From the NCBI GenBank assembly GCA_002254335.1, contig NIVA01000005.1:1-45837 (forward strand): a stretch of 45,837 nt of DNA. Direction: 5' to 3'. The notes under the pieces are model-generated. The model ran no database searches, was not told the origin of the DNA, and saw only the letters and a program-made list of their open reading frames with translations. Numbering within the stretch: position 1 is the first letter of the stretch; every line of letters starts with the position of its first letter. This document shows positions 39,636-45,837 of the stretch, one piece after another. This stretch comes from Bacteroidetes bacterium 4572_114 (GTDB taxonomy: Bacteria > Bacteroidota > Bacteroidia > Bacteroidales > 4484-276). A program made the translations under genes and the position numbers.

Positions 39636-40583
39636 TCAAACCATCACAATCCTCGTCCCCCCATCATCAATACCTAATTTGGTGGTTTTTGTGATTATTG
39701 CATCCTTTCCACTGTGCTCAACAAAATAGATGGCGGCTCGTATTTTTGGTGCCATGCTACCTTCAGCAAAATGTCCTTCGTTGAGGTATCTTTTCGCCTC
39801 AGAAATGGAAATGCGGTCCAATGATTTTTCTTGTGGTGTGTTAAAATTCAGGCAAACTTTAGAAACATCGGTAAGTATGAAAAGCTTGTCGGCATTTATT
39901 TGCGATGCCAGCAAAGCTGAAGCCAGGTCTTTATCAATTACGGCATCAATACCCTGGAGTTTATTTTCTTTTGAGTAAAAAACAGGGATGCCCCCTCCCC
40001 CAACAGCTACTACGATGGACCCCTCTCGGGCAATTTTTTCGATTGATTTCTTATTATTTATCACCAAAGGCCGTGGCGATGCCACTACCTTACGCCATCC
40101 CCTTCCACGTGGGTCTTCAGCAAAAACGGAACTGGAGCCCTCCATAATTTTATCGGCTTCCTCTTTTGTATAATATGGCCCAATGGGCTTGGTGGGATTG
40201 TTAAATGCAGTATCGTCCTTGTTTACCAAAACCTGGGTTATAATTGTAATAATATCCCTGTCAAGGTCGTGGTCCATCAAAACATTTCTCAACTGCTGCT
40301 CAATCATATAACCGAGAAACCCTTGCGAATAAGCCACCGAAATATCCAAAGGCATTTCGGGCAAACCATACATTTTATTCCCGGCAGTGTTGCACAACAA
40401 TATGTTCCCAACCTGTGGCCCGTTACCGTGGGTGATCACTAAGTTATAATTCTTTTCTTCCAATAAAACGAGAAGCTTTTCACTGGTCTCGTAAGCATTT
40501 TTTTCCTGGTCATCGATGGTACCTTTTTGGCCACTCTGCAAAAGTGCATTTCCCCCAAAAGCTACTACAGCTAATTTCCTCAT
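39636..40583 (-). CDS. arcC: Carbamate kinase
   Basis: MRKLAVVAFGGNALL...ITHGNGPQVGN...VVAVGGGGIPV...DKDLASALLA. ATG at 40583 is preferred over the TTG at 40595. Confidence 0.93.
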   Translation of the reverse strand: MRKLAVVAFGGNALLQSGQKGTIDDQEKNAYETSEKLLVLLEEKNYNLVITHGNGPQVGNILLCNTAGNKMYGLPEMPLDISVAYSQGFLGYMIEQQLRNVLMDHDLDRDIITIITQVLVNKDDTAFNNPTKPIGPYYTKEEADKIMEGSSSVFAEDPRGRGWRKVVASPRPLVINNKKSIEKIAREGSIVVAVGGGGIPVFYSKENKLQGIDAVIDKDLASALLASQINADKLFILTDVSKVCLNFNTPQEKSLDRISISEAKRYLNEGHFAEGSMAPKIRAAIYFVEHSGKDAIITKTTKLGIDDGGTRIVMV

Positions 40584-40737
40584 ATCCGATATCAATTAAT
40601 TTTTAAGCCGGCGAAATTAAGAATAAATCAATGATTTAACTGCTAAATATTTAGATTTACACATAACCAATCGAAGAAAATACTACATTCGTTTTTTAAA
40701 ATTATTCAAATAAATTCACCTAATAATAAATTCAATT

Positions 40738-42249
40738 TTGAAATTAAAATCCATCATCAGTTTTATTGTTACACCGGTGGCCAGCCTGTTAATCATTTTA
40801 TTTGCAGACGTTAAACCCGGTGAACCTGCCGTAACATATACCCTCGCTGTGGCCCTGTTAATGGCTGTATGGTGGGTTACCGAAGCAGTGCCACTTGCCG
40901 TAACATCATTGCTGCCGGTTGCAGTGTTCCCCTTCCTGGGGATAATGGACGGGAAAGATGTGGCTTCAACTTATTTTAACCACGTCATCTTTTTGTTTAT
41001 CGGCGGGTTTATTATTGCCCTGGCCATGGAGCGATGGAACCTCCACAAACGGATTGCCCTGAAGATACTCATGTTTACAGGCGTAAGCCCCGGACGGATA
41101 CTCCTGGGTTTTATGATTGCCAGTGCATTTCTATCGATGTGGATATCAAACACCGCCACTGCAATGATGATGATACCAATATTGTTGTCCATCATTTCAA
41201 AGCTGGAAGAAACCGTGGGAAAGAAAAATGTATCAAAATACACAATTGGGCTTTTGCTTGGTGTGGCCTATAGTGCTTCCATAGGTGGTATTGCCACATT
41301 GGTCGGGACGCCACCAAACCTGTCGTTTGCGCGGATATTTCATATTTACTTTCCCAATGCCCCAGAGATTTCATTTGCCCATTGGTTTATGTTTGCCCTG
41401 CCAATTTCGCTTATTATGTTTATTATTACCTGGGCTTTTCTATACACTATTTTTAAACCCAAAAAAGGTAGCTGGGTCAATATCGACAAGCATACTTTCA
41501 GGCATCAACTGTCAGGCTTAGGGCCTACAGGATATGAAGAAAAAGTAGTTTTTATTGTTTTTATCCTTATTGCAGTCCTGTGGCTCTTTCGCTCAAACCT
41601 GGATTTTGGGATATTCACCATACCAGGATGGTCTAACTTTTTCCCTAAAAGTGGTTACATAACCGATGGCACTGTCGCTATTTTAATGGCAGTAATACTT
41701 TTTGTAATCCCTTCAAAAAAAGCAGGGACACACCGGATTATGAACTGGGAAACAGCTTCAAGGATCCCCTGGCAAATAGTTTTGCTTTTTGGAGGCGGTT
41801 TTGCGTTAGCGTCCGGGTTTAAAGAATCGGGGCTTTCTACCTGGTTTGGCGAACAACTTATTTGGGTGGCTGACTATAACCCCCTGATCGTGATTTTCTT
41901 CATTGCCATAATGATGACTTTCCTAACCGAACTAACATCCAACACTGCCACCACCGAAATGATCCTGCCAATCCTGGCCGGCATTGCCGTTAGCACACAA
42001 ACCAACCCGTTGCTCTTTATGTTGCCGGCAACCCTTTCGGGGTCGATGGCATTTATGCTGCCTGTGGCCACACCGCCCAATGCAATAGTTTTTGGGACAA
42101 ACAGGATAAGGGTATCGCAGATGGCCCGGACAGGCCTGCTGCTAAACATTATTGGGGCCATAGTAATTACAGCAATGACATACTTTTTAGGTACTTACTT
42201 TTTTGATATTCAAATTGGGGAATTCCCTGATTGGGCAGTGATTGATTAG
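40738..42249 (+). CDS. DASS/SLC13-family sodium-coupled anion (di/tricarboxylate or sulfate) symporter
   Basis: 503 aa, polytopic. WWVTEAVPLAVTSLLPVAVFP and the C-terminal-half SNTATTEM hairpin motif. TTG start, uncertain. Confidence 0.8.
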   Translation: MKLKSIISFIVTPVASLLIILFADVKPGEPAVTYTLAVALLMAVWWVTEAVPLAVTSLLPVAVFPFLGIMDGKDVASTYFNHVIFLFIGGFIIALAMERWNLHKRIALKILMFTGVSPGRILLGFMIASAFLSMWISNTATAMMMIPILLSIISKLEETVGKKNVSKYTIGLLLGVAYSASIGGIATLVGTPPNLSFARIFHIYFPNAPEISFAHWFMFALPISLIMFIITWAFLYTIFKPKKGSWVNIDKHTFRHQLSGLGPTGYEEKVVFIVFILIAVLWLFRSNLDFGIFTIPGWSNFFPKSGYITDGTVAILMAVILFVIPSKKAGTHRIMNWETASRIPWQIVLLFGGGFALASGFKESGLSTWFGEQLIWVADYNPLIVIFFIAIMMTFLTELTSNTATTEMILPILAGIAVSTQTNPLLFMLPATLSGSMAFMLPVATPPNAIVFGTNRIRVSQMARTGLLLNIIGAIVITAMTYFLGTYFFDIQIGEFPDWAVID

Positions 42250-42269
42250 CGGGCAGCTTCATCCCCAGG

Positions 42270-42293
42270 CCCCTTCTCCTTGAGGAGAAGGGG
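42270..42293 (+). other. Perfect 10-bp GC-rich hairpin CCCCTTCTCC-TTGA-GGAGAAGGGG (REP-like; no T-run)
   Basis: Read directly, 21 nt after the transporter stop. Confidence 0.6.
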
Positions 42294-42570
42294 AGAAATC
42301 GCCACCGCTACCGTCACCGTTCGCCCAGGCAAAAGTTAGCAATGATAACTGTTACTTTTAAAGGAGACTTTGCGAGGGAGGCACGACCGAAGCAATACGT
42401 GTCAGCCTTGCCGTAGCTTCTTAGCACCAAAGGGCAAGGCGCCCATGGCGAAGTACCGGGAATGCCTGGAAGGTTGCTTCGCTCCGCTCGCAATAACCCG
42501 TCTTCGCTAATAACAGTGTCGATGTGGTTTTTGAAATGAAAAAAAATGTAACTTTGCTGAAAAGATTATT

Positions 42571-42807
42571 ATGACAACCTTTCAGTTAAAAAATGTTTTA
42601 ATTCAAAAGATTTCCGAAATCGAAGATATAGGCTTTCTGGAAGCTATTAGAACAATTTTAGATGCAAAATCAGAATCTAAAATCATCAACCTGACCCCGG
42701 AACTTACAGATGAAATAATGGCTTCAAAAAAAGAAATTGAACAAGGGTTATTTATTGAAAATGATTCTCTCGAAAAGGAAATTGAAGAATGGCTATACGA
42801 AAAATAA
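42571..42807 (+). CDS. Putative antitoxin of the downstream ParE/RelE toxin
   Basis: 78 aa, acidic. It overlaps the toxin gene by 19 nt, in the typical small Bacteroidota antitoxin layout. Confidence 0.65.
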   Translation: MTTFQLKNVLIQKISEIEDIGFLEAIRTILDAKSESKIINLTPELTDEIMASKKEIEQGLFIENDSLEKEIEEWLYEK

Positions 42808-43088
42808 TCTGGTCGGTCAGGGCCAAAATCAAAAGGTATGAAATCCTTAAGTTTTATAATGAGAGAAATAAAAGTAATATTTACTCTATAAAATTAAACC
42901 GCAAAATTAATAAAGATCTCCGTTTACTCATAAGGCATCCAAATCTGGGAACCGAAACTGATATAATGGGGGTTCGTGGCCTAATCATCGAAAATTTCAT
43001 TCTTTTTTACGAATTAGACAAGAACATTATTGTTGTTCACTACATTTGGGATTCAAGACAAAATCCCGATGAATTGGTGATAAAATAG
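42789..43088 (+). CDS. Type II toxin, RelE/ParE superfamily
   Basis: 99 aa. IIWSVRAKIKRYEILKFYNERNKSNIYSIKL...LLIRHPNLG...FILFYELDKNIIVVHYIWDSRQNP matches the ParE-like pattern. Confidence 0.75.
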   Translation: MAIRKIIWSVRAKIKRYEILKFYNERNKSNIYSIKLNRKINKDLRLLIRHPNLGTETDIMGVRGLIIENFILFYELDKNIIVVHYIWDSRQNPDELVIK

Positions 43089-43120
43089 GGAGGTTTTTGC
43101 AAATCAGTTGAAGGCCAGGC

Positions 43121-44992
43121 TTACCCCGCCTCCAGCCCAAATTTTTCTTTGAGGGTGATGAGGGCAGGGTTTTTTTCGGCCATGTGCCTGAATATATCAG
43201 GAGGGGAGTATGGTTTTGTATCAACGATATCAGGGTCCACATTTACCTTTAACCTGATAAAACGATTGTTCAGCTTTTCCCTTAAAATGGCAACAATATC
43301 ACTTTTGTCTGCATCAATGCCCTTGACCTGGTCAGAATTCTTAACATCTATTTCCACTTCAAAATTCTTTCCGGCACGGGGCTTTGAAGCACTTAATGTG
43401 CTGTAAAGATTTGGATGCCCATCGGCAAATTTCCTGACCATGTCGTCCCAAACTAATTTAAGGCCGGCAGGGTCGATACTTTTAGCATTCTTGAACTCTT
43501 CAGAAGCGAAATCAAAATACTCCTCTTTTGGTTCAGCGGCACCCGACAACTCTTCCTCATCTTCTTTTATCGAATAAGTCCCCGGCAGTTTAATCCTGCC
43601 CCCTACCGGTTTTCTATTAGTGGCAGTTCCCGGGCTTGCGTATTGTTTTTGTGGTGCAGGTTTGGGCGGCACGGCCGTTGCCTGAGAGGGTGGTGCTGGT
43701 TTTGGTACAGGTGGGGTTACCTCGGAAGATGGTGATGGTTTTGAAACAATTGGAGTTGCCTGAGAAGGAGGTGTTGATGGTTTTGGTACAGGTGTAACAG
43801 CCTGAACAGGTTTTTCTTTAATAACAGACGGGGAGGTTACCTCAGTTTTTTTTTTAGAAATTGGATAAACCTGAGCTTCCAATTTAACGGGGTTTCCATT
43901 TGCAGCGATAGATGCCATTTGCATTAAAGCGATCTCTATATGCAGGCGTTTATTATTGCTGCTTTTATAAGTAAAATCTGCTTTTTGGATGATGTCCAGG
44001 CACTTCAACAGGAAATCGACCGGACAAACCTTGCACAGCTCCATGTATTGTTCACCAATGACCTCCCCTACTTCAAGCAATTTAATTGTCGCCGGGTTTT
44101 TACAAATCAACAAATCCCGCAAATGCGATCCCAGCCCCACAATAAAATGTTGTCCGTCAAAACCGGATTCAAGGATTTCATCAAAAATTACAAGCGCATT
44201 GGAAATATCCCCGTTGAGAAAAAATTCGGTAATCTTGAAATAATATACGTAATCGAGCACATTCAGGTTTTCCCTGACCAGGTTGTAAGTTATTTTATTT
44301 CCTGCAAAACTCACCAACTGGTCGAAGATAGAAAGTGCATCGCGCATGGCACCGTCAGCCTTTTGGGCAATCACGTTCAGGGCAAGAGGTTCGGCCTCCA
44401 CCCCCTCCTTTTGGGCAACATAACCAAGGTAATCAATAATGTCGGGCAGGGTGATCCTCTTGAAATCATAAATCTGGCAGCGCGACAAAATTGTAGGGAT
44501 GATTTTATGTTTTTCGGTGGTTGCCAGTATAAATTTAGCATAAGCGGGCGGCTCTTCAAGTGTCTTCAAAAAAGCATTGAACGCACTTTGCGAAAGCATG
44601 TGCACCTCGTCGATTATATAAACCTTGTATTTACCAACCTGCGGGGGTATCCTCACCTGATCGACGAGGTTGCGGATATCGTCCACCGAATTATTGGAAG
44701 CGGCATCAAGTTCATGAATGTTGAATGAAGCACTCCTGTTGAACGAAACACATGATTCACACTCGTTGCACGGATCGGTATCTGGCCCCAAATTCATACA
44801 GTTAATGGTCTTTGCAAATATCCTTGCACAGGTGGTTTTGCCCACTCCACGCGGCCCGGTAAATAAAAATGCCTGCGCAAGCTGCTGGTTCTTAATGGCA
44901 TTTTTTAGGGTGGACGTTATGTTGTTTTGGCCCACTACTGTATCGAAAGTTGCCGGCCTGTATTTACGTGCCGATACTATAAAATTTTCCAT
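43121..44992 (-). CDS. dnaX: DNA polymerase III subunits gamma/tau
   Basis: MENFIVSARKYRPATFDTVVGQ, GPRGVGKTT, a zinc module CNECESC, IIDEVHMLS and SRCQ, followed by a P/S/T-rich linker. The start is set at the internal Met, 69 nt inside the track ORF. Confidence 0.93.
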   Translation of the reverse strand: MENFIVSARKYRPATFDTVVGQNNITSTLKNAIKNQQLAQAFLFTGPRGVGKTTCARIFAKTINCMNLGPDTDPCNECESCVSFNRSASFNIHELDAASNNSVDDIRNLVDQVRIPPQVGKYKVYIIDEVHMLSQSAFNAFLKTLEEPPAYAKFILATTEKHKIIPTILSRCQIYDFKRITLPDIIDYLGYVAQKEGVEAEPLALNVIAQKADGAMRDALSIFDQLVSFAGNKITYNLVRENLNVLDYVYYFKITEFFLNGDISNALVIFDEILESGFDGQHFIVGLGSHLRDLLICKNPATIKLLEVGEVIGEQYMELCKVCPVDFLLKCLDIIQKADFTYKSSNNKRLHIEIALMQMASIAANGNPVKLEAQVYPISKKKTEVTSPSVIKEKPVQAVTPVPKPSTPPSQATPIVSKPSPSSEVTPPVPKPAPPSQATAVPPKPAPQKQYASPGTATNRKPVGGRIKLPGTYSIKEDEEELSGAAEPKEEYFDFASEEFKNAKSIDPAGLKLVWDDMVRKFADGHPNLYSTLSASKPRAGKNFEVEIDVKNSDQVKGIDADKSDIVAILREKLNNRFIRLKVNVDPDIVDTKPYSPPDIFRHMAEKNPALITLKEKFGLEAG

Positions 44993-45250
44993 TCTCTGTT
45001 GTAATTTTAACTTTTCAAAAATAGTGCTTTTTGGTAAAACCGGGAATAAAGTTCTCAACATTCGATGATAAACTTATTCTTTGATTATACATTGGTATTG
45101 CCCGTTTTGCTTGGAGGGAGACTCCTGCGAAGTGGCCTATATTTTAGCATTATTTTAGTTTCGTTATATTGAAGGATTACCCTATATTTGCGAAATCAAA
45201 ACCACAGGACATGGACACTAGCATTAAAATATTCTCACCAATCCTAATAA

Positions 45251-45266
45251 GAGAGAGAGAGAGAGA
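45251..45266. repeat. (GA)8 microsatellite in the dnaX / 45380-gene divergent spacer
   Basis: Read directly. Confidence 0.9.
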
Positions 45267-45379
45267 ACAATATACCGGTATTCAATTACCGAAACATCTT
45301 CCCCCCGGGAAGAAGCCCGCCCTCCATGATGAGAAGCCTGCCACAGCAAATACTTAACTCACCTTAAATTCAAAATAAA

Positions 45380-45837
45380 ATGAAAAATATATTTACAATA
45401 ATTATAGCCTTTTTTTTAATGTTTAGCCTTAGCGGACAAAGCTATCAGGTAATTACCCATGTTGATACACTTCAAAGTGAGGATGTAATCGTCACTATAA
45501 CCGACGGCCAGGGAAACCTCATCAACCTTAGCGGACAAAGCTATCAGGTAATTACCCATGTTGATACACTTCAAAGTGAGGATGTAATCGTCACTATAAC
45601 CGACGGCCAGGGAAACCTCATCAATAAAGGTTTAGCCGGGCCGGGTTTTAAGATAAACAATGACACTACCTATATGGTTTACCCTACCGGTGGTAGCGAC
45701 GAAAATCCTGAAGATGTTTTTTATGAAAATATTGATCTGCCGGGTAACGACGGTGGTTTTTTGCCAAAGGATGTAGTTTTCAACACGCACAACGATAAGT
45801 ATTACATTTACGGATTCAGAAAGATCATGATCTGCGA
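45380..45837 (+). CDS. Secreted hypothetical protein, N-terminal part (runs off right edge), containing a perfect 33-aa tandem duplication
   Basis: ATG at 45380, MKNIFTIIIAFFLMFSLSGQ signal peptide, frame open to the window end. Not in the ORF track because there is no stop. Confidence 0.6.
   Translation, partial: MKNIFTIIIAFFLMFSLSGQSYQVITHVDTLQSEDVIVTITDGQGNLINLSGQSYQVITHVDTLQSEDVIVTITDGQGNLINKGLAGPGFKINNDTTYMVYPTGGSDENPEDVFYENIDLPGNDGGFLPKDVVFNTHNDKYYIYGFRKIMIC
45427..45624 (+). repeat. Perfect 99-bp tandem duplication (45427-45525 = 45526-45624)
   Basis: Both copies read CCTTAGCGGACAAAGCTATCAGG...GGGAAACCTCATCAA with no mismatch. Confidence 0.95.

Noticed and set aside
43940-44728. 262-aa plus-strand ORF (and 44718..45068)
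   Set aside because: It is antisense to the well-supported dnaX gene. The sequence has no family resemblance.
45290-45350. Possible SRP (4.5S) RNA upstream of dnaX, by analogy with Bacillus scr-dnaX
   Set aside because: CCGGGAAGAAGCCCGCC loosely resembles the CCGGAAGGAAGCAGCC domain IV core. However, the hairpin TCTTCCC-CCC-GGGAAGA lacks a GNRA tetraloop and the flanking conserved AGCA/GGCA elements. The orientation would also be opposite to dnaX. It needs an Infernal scan before any call.
45169-45357. 62-aa ORF in the dnaX upstream spacer
   Set aside because: It spans a (GA)8 microsatellite and a hairpin, with no coding character.

Overview
The window looks like a Bacteroidota chromosome segment. 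The evidence is TAnnTTTG-type -7 promoter boxes, T9SS C-terminal sorting domains, and the gene order rpsU-xerC-hpf-tRNAs-tuf-tRNA-Trp-secE-nusG-rplKAJL-rpoBC-DUF3467.

Coding content:
- The left half (4.4-19.6 kb) is the conserved translation/transcription core.
- 20.2-30.8 kb is a complete MoxR / DUF58 / DUF4381-like / BatA-BatE (Bat aerotolerance-type) operon. A visibly AT-rich cassette carrying an HTH-antitoxin/PIN-toxin pair interrupts it between batB and batC.
- The right half holds a secreted C1B-peptidase homolog that seems to lack its catalytic His and Asn, and two adjacent T9SS cargo proteins.
- It also holds ornithine carbamoyltransferase with carbamate kinase, a divergent DASS/SLC13 transporter, an antitoxin/ParE-RelE pair, dnaX, and a partial secreted protein.

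I do not see a convincing new multi-gene protein system. The unexplained signals are mostly non-coding or structural:
1. A ~430-bp satellite with strict 8-nt periodicity (TTCCANNN) lies after the rpoBC-DUF3467 unit. A partly complementary GGAGTGAT block precedes it, and a second GGAGTNNT array lies at 37.9 kb.
2. Two GC-rich islands with nested helices share CGAAGC/GCTTCG motifs.
3. A 10-nt tandem array in the arcC-argF spacer shares an exact 19-mer with the batB 3' flank.
4. Three length anomalies of about 100-110 nt occur: a frame-breaking loss in a BNR-propeller gene, an in-frame loss of the universally conserved FQETT region of RpoC, and a perfect 99-bp tandem duplication. These may be real or may be assembly artefacts.

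All family assignments come from reading the translated ORFs against remembered family motifs. No database search was run.
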